Positions 29,101-43,000 of a DNA stretch of 64,000 nucleotides are shown one piece after another. Positions within the stretch are counted from its first letter, which is position 1. The number at the start of each line of letters is the position of its first letter. The notes under the pieces were generated by a model that did not search any database, was not told where the DNA came from, and saw only the letters and a program-made list of their open reading frames with translations. Made by a program: the position numbers and the translations under genes. Source of the DNA: the human T2T-CHM13v2.0 reference genome, Homo sapiens; NCBI RefSeq assembly GCF_009914755.1, contig NC_060948.1. One strand, written 5' to 3'.

Positions 29101-32100
29101 AGGATCTGCGTTAAGGGACTTTGAGACATAACTCTGCACTGATCATCCAGGTGTTGGGGCTTTTATCTAGGCTCTGCCTACAGGGGCATTGTGACGTATT
29201 TCTGCACTGAACACCCAGGTGACGGACTCTTGTCTTGCATATGCCTATTTGGGATTTCTGGCATATCTCTGCACTGATCACCCAGGTAATGAAACTGTGC
29301 TATAAGCTCTGCCTACAGGGGAATTTTGAGAGATCTCTCCACTGTTCACCCAAGTGACGTAACTATTTTCTAGGCTTTGCCTACAGGGGGTTTGTGACAT
29401 ATCTTTGCACTGATCACCCAGTGATGTAACTCCTCTAAGCTCTTCCTTCAGGGGCCTTGTGACATTTCTCTGCCATGCTTACCCTGGGGAGAGAATTCTT
29501 GTCTACGCTCTGCCTACAGGGGTCTCTGTGACATATCACTGCACTGATCTTGAAGGTGATGTAACAGTTTTATAAGCTCTGCCTACAGAGTGTATAGTGA
29601 AATATATCTGCACTGATCACCTAGGTGATGTAACTCTTGTCTACCCTCTGCCTGCAGGGGGCATTGTGAAATATCTCTGCACTGATCAACTAGGTGACGT
29701 AACCCTTCTCTAGTCTCTGCCTACAGGGGCGTTTTGACATATCTCTGAACTGGTGACAAAGGTGATGTAACTCTTGCCTAGGCTTTGCCTGCAGGAGACA
29801 TTGTGACATATCTCTGCACTGATCACACAGGTGATGTAACTCTTGTCTAGTCTTTGCCTACAGAGGGCGTTGTGGCATATCTCTGTACTGATCTCTCAGG
29901 CGAGGTAACTCTTGTCTAGTCTCTGCCTACAGAGGGCATTGTGACATCACTCTGCAATGATCACCCAGGTGATGTAACTCTTGTCTAGGCTCTGCCTACC
30001 GGGGCATTTTAACATATCACTGCACTGATCACTGAGATGATGTAACTCTTGTATATGCTTCGCTGACAGGGGGCATTGAGACATATCTCTCTGTTGATCA
30101 CCGAGGTGATGCTAGTCTTGTCTAGGATCTGCCTGTAGAGGGCATTGTGAAATATCTCTGACCTGATCATCCAGGTGATGTAATTCTGGTCTAGGCTCTG
30201 CCTACTGGAGACACTGTGACTTATCTCTGCACTGATCACACAGGTGATGTAACTCTTGTCTAGTCTTTGCCTACAGAGGGCGTTGTGGCATATCTCTGCA
30301 CTGATCTCTCAGGTGAGGTAACTCTTGTCTAGTCTCTGCCTGCAGAGTGAGTTGTGACATCACTCTGCAATGATCACCCAGGTGACGTAACTCTTGCCTA
30401 GGCTCTGCCTACATGGATATTGTGACATGTCTGTTCACTGATCACCCAGGTGATGTAAATTTTGTCTAGTCTCTGCCCACATGAGGATTTTGATATATCC
30501 CTGCACTGATCACCGAGATGATGTAACTCTTTTCTGGGCTTTTCTGACAGGAGGCATTGAGACATATCTCTGCACTGATCACTGAGGTGATGCAACTCTT
30601 GTGTGGGCTCAGCCTACAGGGGGCATTGTGACATACCTCGGCCCTGATCACCCAGGTGATGTAACTCTTGTCTAGGCTCAGCCTAAAGGTGGTATTGTGA
30701 CATATCTCTGCACTGATAACCCAGGTGATGCAATTCTTCTCTAGGATCTGCCTACAGGGGCATTGTGACATATCTCTGCACTGATCACAAAGGTGATGTA
30801 ACTCTTCTTTAGGCTCTGCCTGCAAGGTGCTTTGTGAAATCAATCTGTATTGATAATCCAGGTGATGTAACATTTGTCTAGGCTCTGCCTAAGGGGGCAC
30901 TGTGACACATCTCTGCACTGATCACTGAAGTGATGTGACCCCTGTCTAAGTTCCCCCTATGGGTGCATTGTGAGATATCTCATCACTGATTCCCCAAATT
31001 ATGTAACCCTTTTCTAGGGTTTGCCTAAAGGGGGATTTGCCACATATGTCTGTACTGATCACCCAGGTGGTGTAACCCTTTTCTGGGGTCTGCCTACAGG
31101 GAAGTTGTGACATATCACTGCACTGATCACCCAGGTGATGTAACTTTTCTCTGGGCTGTACTTTCATGGGTCTTTGTGACATATCTCTGCACTGACCAAC
31201 TAGGTGATGTAACTCTTTTCTAGGCTTTTCCCGGAGGAGGCATTATTACATATCTCTACAATGATCACTGAGGTAGTGCAACTCTTGTCTACGCTATGCC
31301 TACAAGGGCATTGTGACATATCCCTACACTCATAACACAGGTGATGTCACTCTTGTCTAAGCTCTGCCAACCGGGGTCTTAGTGACATAACTCTGCACTG
31401 ATCACTCAGATGATGGTACTCTTCTCAATACTCTGACTAGAGGAGGATTTGTGACATATCCCTGCACTGATCACCCAGGTGATCGAAGTCTTGTCTAGGC
31501 TCTGTCTAAGGGGGCATTGTGTCAAATATCTGCACTGATCACCCAGGTGATGTAACTCTTTTCTAGGCTCTGTCTACAGGGATTTTTGTGATATATCACT
31601 GCACTGATGACCTCGATGACGTAACTCTTGTCTAGGCTCTGCCTACAAGGGCATTTTGACTTATCACTGCGCTGATCACCCAGGTGATGTAACAGTTGTC
31701 TAGGCTCTGCCTATAGGGGGCATTGTGACATATCTCTACACTGATCATCCAGGTGATTTAACTTTTGTCTAGGCTTTGACTGCAGTAGTTTTTGACATAT
31801 CTCTGCACTGATCACTGACGAGATGGAACACTTGTCTAGGCTCTGCCTAAATGGGCATTGTGACACATCTCTGAACTGATCAACCAAGTGATGTAACACT
31901 TGTCTAGGCTCTGCCTACAGGGCTTTGTGACATATCTCTGTACTGATCACCCAGGTAATGGGACTTGTGTCTAGGTTCTGCCAACGGGGGCATTGTGACA
32001 TATCTGTAAACTGATCACCCAGGTGATGTAACCCTTGTGTTGGATTTGCCTATGGTGGCATTGCGACATATTTCTGCACTGATCACCAAGGTGATGGGAC

Positions 32101-35100
32101 TATTTTCTAGGCTCTGCCTGTGGGGGCTTTGTGACTTATCCCTGCACTGATCACCCAGGTGATGTAACACTTGACTAGGCTCTGCCTACTGGGGCATAGT
32201 GACATATCACTGCATTGATCACTCAGATGTTGTAACTATTGTCTAGGCTCTGCTTAAAGGGGTCTTGTCACATATCTCTGCACTGATCACCCAACTGATG
32301 AAACACTTGTCTAGGCTCTGCCTACACGGGCATTGTGACACATCTCTGAACTGATCAACCAATTGATGCAACTCTTGTCTAGGCTCTGCCTACAGGGACT
32401 CTGTAACATATCTCTGCACTGATAACCCAGGTTATGGGACTTTTGTCTAGGCTCTGCCTATGGGGGAATTGTGACGTATCTCTACACTGATCACCCAAGT
32501 GATGTAACTCTTGTGTTGGATCTGTCTATGGGGGCATTGCGACATATTTCTGCCCTGATCACCCAGGTGGTGAGACCCTTTTCTAGTCTTTGTGTAGGGG
32601 GGCTTTGTGACATATCTCTGCACTGATCACACAGGTTATGTAACACTTGACTAGGTTCTGCCTACTGGGGCATTGTGAAATATCACTGCATTGTTCACTC
32701 AGATGATGTAACTATTTTCTAGACTGTCTAGGTGATGTAACAATTTTATAAGCTGAGCATATAGGGAATTTTGACAAACCTCTGCACTGATCACCTGGGT
32801 GATATACCTGTTGTATACCCTCTACCTACAGGGGGTATTGTGAAATATCTCCGCAATGATCACCTAGGTGATGTAACTGTTGTCTACCCTATGCCTACAG
32901 GGGGCATTGTGAAATATCTCTGCACTGACCACCAGGTGAGGCATCTCTTGTCTAGCATCTGCCTACATGGGATATTGTGAAATATCTCTGCACTGATCAA
33001 CTAGGTGATGTAACTCTTGCCTAGGCTCTGCCTACAGGGGCTTTTTGACATATCTCTGAACTGATGGCAAAGGTGATGAAACTCTTGCCTAGGCTTTGCC
33101 TTCAGGGGACATTGTGACATATCTCTGCACTGAGCACTCACGTGATGCAACTCTTCTCTATGCTCTGCCTACAGGGGGCATTGTGACATATCTCTGCACT
33201 GATCACCCAGGTGATGTAACTCTTTTCTAATCTCTGCCTACAGAAGGCTTTGTGACATCACTCTACACGGATCACCAGGGTTATGTAACTCTTGTCTACC
33301 GTCTGCCTACAGGGGGCATTGTGAAATATCTCGCACTGATCACCCAGGTGATGCAACTCTTGTCTAGGATCTGCCTGCAGGGGTTATTGTGAAATGTCTC
33401 CGCACTGGTCAACTAGGTGATGTAACTATTGTTTAGGCTCTGCCTACATGGGCGGTTTGACATATTTCTGAACTATGACAAAGGTGATGTAACTCTTGCC
33501 TAAGCTTAGCCTACAGGGGACATTGTGACATATCTCTGCACTGATCACCTAGGTGATGTATCTCTTTTCTAGTCTCTGCCTACAGAGGGGGTTGTGACAT
33601 CACTCTGTATGGATCACCCGGGTTATGTAACTCTTGTCTAGGCTCTGCCTATGGGGGCATTGTGACGTATCTCTGCACTGATCACCCAGGAGATGTGACT
33701 CTTGTTTAAGCTCTGCCTACAGGGGCTTTGGGAAATATCTCTGCACTGATCACTGAGCTGACATAACTCTTGTCTAGTCTTTGACTACAGTGGGATTTAT
33801 GACATATATCTGCATTGATCACCCAGGTGATGTAACTCTTGTCTAGGCTCTGCCTACTGGGATATTTTAACATATCAGTGCACAGATCACCGAGATGATG
33901 TAACTCTTGTATAGGCTTCACGGATAGGGGGCATTGAAACATAACTCTGCACTGATGACCGAGTTGATGCAACTCTTGTCTGGGATCTGCCTACAGGGGG
34001 CATTGTGACAAATTTCTGACTTGATCACCCAGGTGATTTTACTCTTTTCTAGGCTCTGCCTACTGGAGACATTGTGACTTATCTCTGCACTGATCACCCA
34101 GGTGATGTAACTCTTGGCTAGATCTGGCCACAGGGACATTGTGACATATATCTGCACTGATCACACAGGTGATGTAACTGTTGTCTAGTCTTTGCCTACA
34201 GAGGGGGTTGTGACATATCTCTGCACTGATCTCTCATGTGAGGTAACTCTTGTCTATTCTCTGCCTACAGAGGATGTTGTGACATCAGTCTGCCGTGATT
34301 GCCCTGATGATGTAACTCTTGTCTGGGCTCTGCCTACATGGACATTGTGACATGTCTCTGCACTGATCATTCAGGTGATGTAAATTGTGTCTAGGCTTTG
34401 CCCACAGGGGCATTTTGACATATATCCACAGTGATCACCGAAATGATGGAACTGTTGTGTAGCCTTTGCCAACAGGAGGCATTGAGACATATCTCTGAGC
34501 TGATCACTGAGGTGATGCAACTCTTGTCTGGGCTCTGCTGACAGGAGGCATTGAGACATATCTCTGCACTGATCACCGAGGTGATGCAACTCTTGTCTGG
34601 GCTCTGCCTACAGGGGGCGATGTGACATATATCTGTCCTGATCACCCAGGTGATGTAACTCTTCTCTAGGCTCTGCTTAAAGTGGGTATAGTGACATATT
34701 TCTGCACTGATCACCTAGGTGATGTAACTCTTTTCTAGACTCTGCCTACAGGGGCATTTTGACATATCTCTGAAGTGATCACTGAGGTGATGTAACTCTT
34801 GTCTAGGCCTTGCCTACAGGGGGCATTATAACATATCTGTGCACTGATCACCCAATTGATGTAACTCTTGTCTAGGCTCTGCTTTCAGGGGGTATTGTGA
34901 GATATCTCTGCACTGATCACCCAGGTGATGAAACTCTTGTCTAGGCTCTGCCAACAGGGGCATTTTAACATATCACTGCACTGATAACTGAGATGATATA
35001 ATTCTTTCATAGGCTTCGCCGACAGTGGGCATTGAGACATATCTCAGCGTTGATCGCCAAATGATGCAACTGTTTTCTGGGATCTGCCTAAAGGGGACAT

Positions 35101-35409
35101 TTTGATATATCTCTGATCTGATCTCCCAGGAGATGTAACTCGTGTCTAGTCTCTGGCCACAGGGACATAGTGGCATATATCTGCACTGATCACACAGGTG
35201 ATGTAATTTGTCTAGTCTTTGCCTACAGGGAGCGTTGTGAAATATCTCTGCACTGATCTCTCAGGTGAGGTAACTCTTGTCTAATCTCTGCCTACAGAGT
35301 GCTTTGTGACATCAGTCTGCAATGATCACCCAGGTGATGTAACTCTTGTCTAGGCTCTGCCAACATGGAGATTTTGACATGTCTCCGCACTGATCACATT
35401 GTGACATAG
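26181..35409 (+). repeat. Beta satellite sub-array, majority orientation
   Basis: Monomers read ...gcactgatcacccaggtgatgtaactcttgtctaggctctgcctac... on the + strand. Confidence 0.93.
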
Positions 35410-38400
35410 GTCGCAATGCCCCATAGGCAGATCCAACACAAGAGTTACATCACCTGGGTGATCAGTGTAGAGATATGTCACAATGCCCCCGTAGGCAGAG
35501 CCTAGAGAAAAGTCCCATCACCTTGCTGATCATTGCAGGAATATGTCACAAAGCAACCTGTAGGCAGATCCCAGACAAAAGTTATATCACCTGGGTGATC
35601 ACTGCAGAGATATGTCACAATACCACCGCAGGCAGAGCCTAGGCAAGAGTTACATGCCCTAGGTGACCCGTTCAGAGATACATCACAATGCCCCTGTAGT
35701 CAGAGCCTTGACAAGTGGCACATCACCTGGGTGATCATTGCAGGGATATGTCACAAAGCACCCTGTAGGCAGATCCAAGGCAAGAGTTACATCACCTGGG
35801 TGGTCAGTGCAGAGATATGTCACAAGCCCCCTTTATACAAAGCCTAGACAAGAGTTATATCAGCTGGGTGATTAGTGCAGTGATATGTCACAATGCCGTG
35901 TTGCCAGAGTCTAGACAAAAGTTACATCACCTGAGAGATCAGTGCAGAGATATATCACAATATCCCCAGTGGGTAGAGCCCAGACAAGAGATAGATCACC
36001 TTGGGATCAGTGCAGAGAGCTGTCTCAATCACCCTGTGGGCACAGCCTAGACAAGAGTTACATCACCTCGGTTAACAGTCCAGAGATATGTCAAAATGCC
36101 GCTATACTCAGAGCCTACACAAGTGTTTCATCACTGAGGTGATCAATGGAGAGATATGTCACAATACTCCCTATAAGCTGAGCCTAGACAAGAGTTACAT
36201 CACCTGGGTGATCAGTGCAGAGATATGTGACCAGGCCCCTTTAACCAGAGCTTAGACAATAGTTCCATCACCTGAGTGATCAGTGAAGAGATCTGTCACA
36301 AAGCCCCTTTAGGCAGAGCTTAGACCAGAGTTACATCACCTGTGTGATCAGTGCAGTGAAATGTCACAATGCCCCCATAGGCAGATCCAAGACAAGAGTC
36401 CATCACCTGGGTGATCAGTGCAGAAATATATGACAGTTCCCCCAGTAGGCAGAGCCTAGAGATGACTCCCATCACCTGGGTGATCAGTGCAGAGTTATGC
36501 CAAAATGCCCTCTGTAGGCAGAGCCTAGACAAGAGTTACATCACCTGGTGTATCAGTAAGAGACATTTCACAATGCCCCTGCAGGCAGAGCGTAAGCAAG
36601 AGTTACATTACCTAGATGATCAGTGCAGAGATATGTCACTAGGCCCCCTATAGGCAGAGCCTGGAGAAGAGTTACATCATCTCGGTGATCAATGCAGCAA
36701 TATGTCACTATGCTCCAGTAGGCAGAGGCTAGTCAAGTGTTACATCACCTGGGTGATCAGTGCAGATATATGTCACAAAGCCCCCATGCAAATAGCCTAG
36801 ACAAGAGTCCTATCACCTTGGTGATCAGTGCAGAAATATGTCGCAATGCACCATAGGCAGATCCAACACAAGAGTTACATCACCAGGCTGATCAGTGTAG
36901 AGATATGTCACAATGCCCCCGTAGGCAGAGCCTAGACAAAAGTCCCATGACCTGGGTGATCAGTGCAGAGATATATCACAAAGCCCCTGTAGGCAGAGCC
37001 TAGACAAGAGTTACATAATTTGGTTGATCAGTTCAGAGATGTGTCACAATGCCCACGTAGGCAGAGCCCAGACTAGAGTTCCAACAGCTGGGTGATCAGC
37101 GGAAAGATATGTAACAAGACCTCTTTAAGCAGAACCTAGACAATAGTTACATCATCTGAGTGATCAGTGCAGTGATATGTCACAATGCCCCCGTCGGCAG
37201 AGCCTAGACAAAAGTCCCATCACTTGGGTGGTCATTTCAGGGACATGTCACAAAGCCCCTGTAGGCAGAGCCTAGACAAGAGTTACATCATTTGGTAGAT
37301 CAGTTCAGAGATGTGTCACAATGCCCATGTAGGCAGAACCTAGACAAGTGTTACATCACCTGTGTGATCAGTGCAGAGATATGTCACAAAACCCCTGCAG
37401 GCAAAGCCTAGACAAGAGTCGCATAACCTGGATGATCAGTGCAGAGTTATGTCACAAAGTCCCTTTAGGCAGATCCTAGGCAAGAGTTACATCAGCAGGG
37501 TGATCACTGTAGAGATATGTCTCTCTGCCACTTTAGGTGGAGCCTAAATAAGAGTTACATGACCTAGGTGATCAGTGCAGAGATACATCGCAATACCCCT
37601 GTAGGCAGAGCCTTAACAAATGGTATATCACCTGGGTGATTATTGCAGGGATATGTAAAAAAGCACCCTGTAGGCAGATCCCAGACAAGAGTTGCATCAC
37701 CTCGGTGATCAGTCCAAAGATATGTCTCAATGTCCCCTGTCAGCGAAGCCTATACAAGAGTTACATCATCTCGGTGATCAGTGCAGTGATATGTTAACAT
37801 GCCCATGTAGGCAGAGCATAGAAAAGAGTTACATCACCTGGGTGATCCGTGCCGAGATATCTCACAATACCCCCTGTAAGCAGAGCCTAGACAAGAGTTA
37901 CACCAACGGGGTGATCAGTGCAGGTAGATGTCATAAATCCCACTGTAGGCAAAGCCTAGACAAGTGTTACATCACCTCAGTGATCAGTAAAGATATATGT
38001 CCCATGCCCCTGTAGGCAGAGCTTAGTCAAGAGTCACATCTCCTTGGTGATCATTGCAGAGATACGTCACAATGTCCCCATAGGCAGAGCCTAGACAAGA
38101 GTTACATAACCTGTGTGATCCACGCAGAGTGATGTCACAATGCCCTCTGTAAGCAGAGACTAGAAAAGAGTTACATCACCTGGGTGATCAGTGCACAGAT
38201 ATGTCACAATTTCCCCAGTAGGCAGAGCCTACACAAGTGTTACATCACTTTGGTGATCAGTGTAGAGATATGTCACAATACCCCCTGTAGGCAGAGCCTA
38301 GACAAGAGTTACATCACCTGGGTGATCAATGCAGAGATATGTGACAAGGCCCCATTAAGCAGAGCCTACACAATAGTTACATCTTCTGAGTGATCAGTGC

Positions 38401-40041
38401 AGAGATCTGTCACAGTGCCCCTTTAGGCAGAGCTTAGACCATAGTTACATCATTTGGGTGATAAGTGCAGAGACAGATCAGAATGCCCCATAAGCAGATC
38501 CAAGAAAAGAGTCCGTCACCTGGGTGATCAGTGCAGAAATATGTGACCATGCCACCAGTAGGCAGAGCCTAGAGAAGAGTCCCATCACCTGGCTGATGAG
38601 TGCAGAGTTATGCCCCAATGCCCCCTGTAGGCAGAGCCTAGACAATGGTTACATCACCTGGTTGATCAGTAAAGAGATATTTCACAATGCCCCTGCAGGC
38701 AGAGAGTAAGCAAGAGTTGCATCACTTAGATGATCAGTGCAGAGATGTGTCACAAGGCCCCCTATAGGCAGAGCTTGGACAAGAGTTACATCACCTCGGT
38801 GATCAATGCAGTCGTATGTCACTATGCCCCAGTAGGCAGAGCTTATTCAAGCGTTACATCACCTGGGTGATCAGTGCAGAGATATGTCACAAAGCCCCCA
38901 TAAACAGAGCCTAGACAAGCGTCCCATTAGCTGGGTGATCAGTGCAGAAATATGTCACAATGTCCCCATAGGCAAAGCCTAGACAAAAGTCCCATCACCT
39001 GGATGATCAGTACAGAGATATGTCAGAAAACCCCTGTAGACAGAGCCTAGAGAAGAATTACATCACTTGGTTGATCAGTTCAGAGATGTGTCACATTGCC
39101 CACGTAGGCAGCGCCTACACACGTTTTCCATCACCTCGGTGATCAGTGCAGAGATATGTCACAAAAACCCTGCAGGCAAAGCCTAGAAAAGGGTTACATC
39201 ACCTGCTTGATCAGTGCAGATATATGTCAGAAAGCCCCCATACACGGAGCCTAGATAAGAGTCCCTTCTCCTGGATGTTTAGTGCAAAAATATGTCGCAA
39301 TGCCCCATAGGCAGATACAACACAAGAGATACATCACCTGGGTGATCAGGGTAGAGATATGTCACAATGCCCCCGTAGGCAGAGCCTAGACAAAAGTCCC
39401 TTCAAATGGGTGATCAGTGCAGAGATATGTCACAAAGCCCCTGTAGGCAGATCCTAGACAAGGGTTACATCACTTTGTTGATCAGTTCAGAGAGGTGTCA
39501 CAAGTGCCCATGTAGGCAGAACACAGATAAATGTTCCATCAGCGGCGTGATCAGTGAAGAGATATGTGACAAGGCCCCTTAAGCAGAACCTAGACAATAG
39601 TTACATCATCTGAGTGATCAATGCAATGATATGTCACTATGCCCCAGTAGGCAGAGCCTAGTCAAGCTTTACATCACCTGGGTTATCAGTGCAGAGTTAT
39701 GACACAATGCCCACTGTAGGGAGAGCCCAGGCAATATTTACATCACCTGATTGATCAGTAAAGAGATGTTTCACAATGCCCCTGCAGGCGGAGCGTAAGC
39801 AAGAGTTACATCACCTTGATGATCAGTGCAGAGATATGTCAAAAGGTCCCCTGTAGGCAAAGCCTGGACAAGAGTTACATCACCTCGGTGATCAATGCAG
39901 TGATATGTCACTATGCCCCAGTAGGCAGAGCCTAGTCAAGCATTACATCACCTGGGTGATCAGTGCAGTGATATGTCAAAAAGTCCCCAGACACACAGCC
40001 TAGACAAGAGTCCCATCACCCTTGTGATCAGTGATATGTCA
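35410..40041 (-). repeat. Beta satellite sub-array in inverted orientation (~4.6 kb, ~68 monomers)
   Basis: Monomers read gtaggcagagcctagacaagagttacatcacctgggtgatcagtgcagagatatgtcacaatgcccc on +, the reverse complement of the flanking monomers. The longer pseudo-ORFs also mostly switch strand here. Confidence 0.95.
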
Positions 40042-43000
40042 GCACTGATCACCCAGGTGATGTACATTTTGTCTAGGCTATGCCCACAGGGGCATTTTGA
40101 CATATCTCTGCACTGATCACCGAGATGATGTAACTCTTGTCTCGGCTTTGCCAATAGGAGGCATTGAGATATATCTCTGCATTGATCTCCGAAGTGATGC
40201 AACTCTTGCCTGGACTCTGCCTACAGGGGCCATTGTGACATATCTCTGCCGTGATCACCCAGGTGATGTAACTCTTGTCTAGGCTCTGCCTAAAGGGGGT
40301 ATTGTGACATATCTCTGCACTGATCACCTAGGTGCTGTAACTCTTTTCTAGGCTTTTCCTACAGGGGCATTTTGACATATCAGTGAAGTGATCACCATGG
40401 TGACGTAAGTCTCATCTAGGATCAATACAGAGTAATGTCACAAAGCACCTTGCATGCAGAGCCTAGAGAAGAGTTACATTACCTGCATAACTCTGCACTG
40501 ATCACCCAGGTGATGGGACTCTTCTCTAGGCTATGCCAGCTGTGGGCATTGTCACATATTTCTGCACTGATCACTGAGGTGACGGACTCTTGTCTTGGAT
40601 CTGACTATGGGGGCATTATGACATATCTGTGCACTGATCACCCAGGTGATGTAACTCTGGTCTAAGCTCTGCCTAAAGGGGCATTGTGACAGATCTCTGC
40701 ACAGATCACTCAGGTGATTTAACTATTTTCCAGGTTCTGCTTAAAGGGGCCTTGTCACATATCTCTGCACTGATCACCCTGGTGATGTAACTCTTGTCTA
40801 GACTCTGCTTACAGGGGGTATTGTGACATATCTCTGCACTGATTACCTACTTGATGTAACACTTGTGTAGGCTCTGCCTACAGGGGCTTTTTGACATCTC
40901 TCTGCACTGTTAACCGAGGTGATGTAACTCTTGTCTAGGCTGTGCCCACAGGGGGATTGAGACATATCTCTGCACTGATCCTGAGGTGATCCAACTCTTG
41001 TCCGGGCTCTGCCTATTGGAGACATAGTGACATACCTCTGCAGTGATCTCCCAGGTGATCTATCTTTTGTCAAGGTTCTGGCTACATGGCTTTGTGACAT
41101 ATCACTGCACTGATCTCCCAGGTGATATAACTCTTGTCTATGCTGTGCCTACCGGGGACTTGTGACATATCTCTGCACTGAACACCTAGGGGATGTAACT
41201 ATTGTCTAGGGTCTGCCTACAGTGTGCTTTGTGACATATCCCTGCAATGATCACCCAGGTGATGTAACACTTGTCAACGCTCTCCCTACAGGGGCATTGC
41301 GATGTATATCTGAACTGATCACCTAGGTCAAGTAACTCTTGTCGAGGCTCTGCCTGCAGTGACATTGTGACATATCTCTGCACTGATCACACAGGTGATG
41401 TAACACTTGACTACGATTTGCCTACAGGGTGCTTTGTGACATATCCCTGAAATGATCACCCACGTGGTGTACGACTTTTCAAGGCTCTGCCAGAGGGGCA
41501 TGTGATCTATCTCTGTGCTGATTACCTAGGTCATGTAATTCTTTTTTAGGCTCTGCCTACAGTGGCATTGTGACATTTCTCTGCACTGATCACCGAGGTG
41601 ATGGAACTCTTGTCTAGGATCTGCCTGAAGGGACTTTGTGTCATAACTCTTCACTGATCATCCAGGTGATAGGGCTTTTGTCTAGGTTCTGCCTACAGGG
41701 GTATTGTGACTTATTTCTGCACTGATCACCAAGGTGACAGACTCTTCCTGTATCTGCCTATGGGGGCATTGTGACATATCTCCTCACTGATCACCCAAGT
41801 GATGTAACTGTTTCATAAGCTCTGCCTACAAGGGAATTGTGAGCTCTCTCCACTGATCCCGAAAGTGATGTAATTATTGTCTAGTCTTTGCCTACAGGGG
41901 ACTTTGTGACATATCTTTGCACTGATCACTCAGGTGATGTAACACATCTAAGCTCTGCCTACTGGGACATTGTGACATATCTCTGCACTGATCACCCCGT
42001 TGATGCAACTCTTCTCTATGCTCTGCCTACAGGGGCATTGTGACATATCACTGAACTGATAACCCTGGTGATGTACCTCTTTTCTAGTCTCTGCTTACAG
42101 AGGGTGTTGTGACATCACTCTGCACGGATCACCCGGGTCATATAACTCTTGTCTAGGCTCTGCATATGGGGGCTTTGTGACGTATCTCTGCAATGATCAC
42201 CCAGGAGTTGTGACTATTGTCTAAGCTCTGCCTACAGGGAGACTGGGACATATCTCTGCAATGATCACTGAGGTGATGTATCACTTGTCTAGGCTTTGCC
42301 TACAGTGGGATTTATGACATATCTCTGCACTGCTCACCCAGTTGATGTAACTCTTGTCTAGACTCTGCTTACAGTGGGTATTGTGAGATATCTCTGCACT
42401 GACCACCCAGGTGATGTAACTCTTGTCTGGGCTCTGCCTACAGGGTCATTTTAACATAGCACTGCACTGATCACCTAGATAATGTAACTCTTGTATAGGC
42501 TTTGCCGAAAGAGGCATTGAGACATATCTCTGCACTTATCACCGAGGTGATACAACTCTTGTCTGGGATCTGCCTGCAGGAGACATTTTTACATATCTCT
42601 GAAATGATCATCGAGGTGATGTTACTCTTGTCTAGGCTCTGCCTACTGGAGACATTGTGACTTATCTCTGCACTGATCACCCAGGTGATGTAACTCTTGT
42701 CTAGAGTCTGGCCACAGGGACAGAGTGACATATATCTGCACTGATCACACAGGTGATGTACTTCTTGTAAAGTCTTTGCCTACAGGGGGTGTTGTGACAT
42801 ATCTCTGCACTGATCTCTGAGGGGAGGTAACTCTTGTCTAGTCTCTGTCTACAGAGGGCGTTGTGACATCACTCTGCAATGATCACCTTGTTGATGTAAC
42901 TCTTGTCTAGGCTCTGCCTACATGGACATTATGACATATTTCTGCACTGATCACCGCGGTGATGTAGATTTTGTCTAGGCTCTGCCCACAGGGGCATTTT

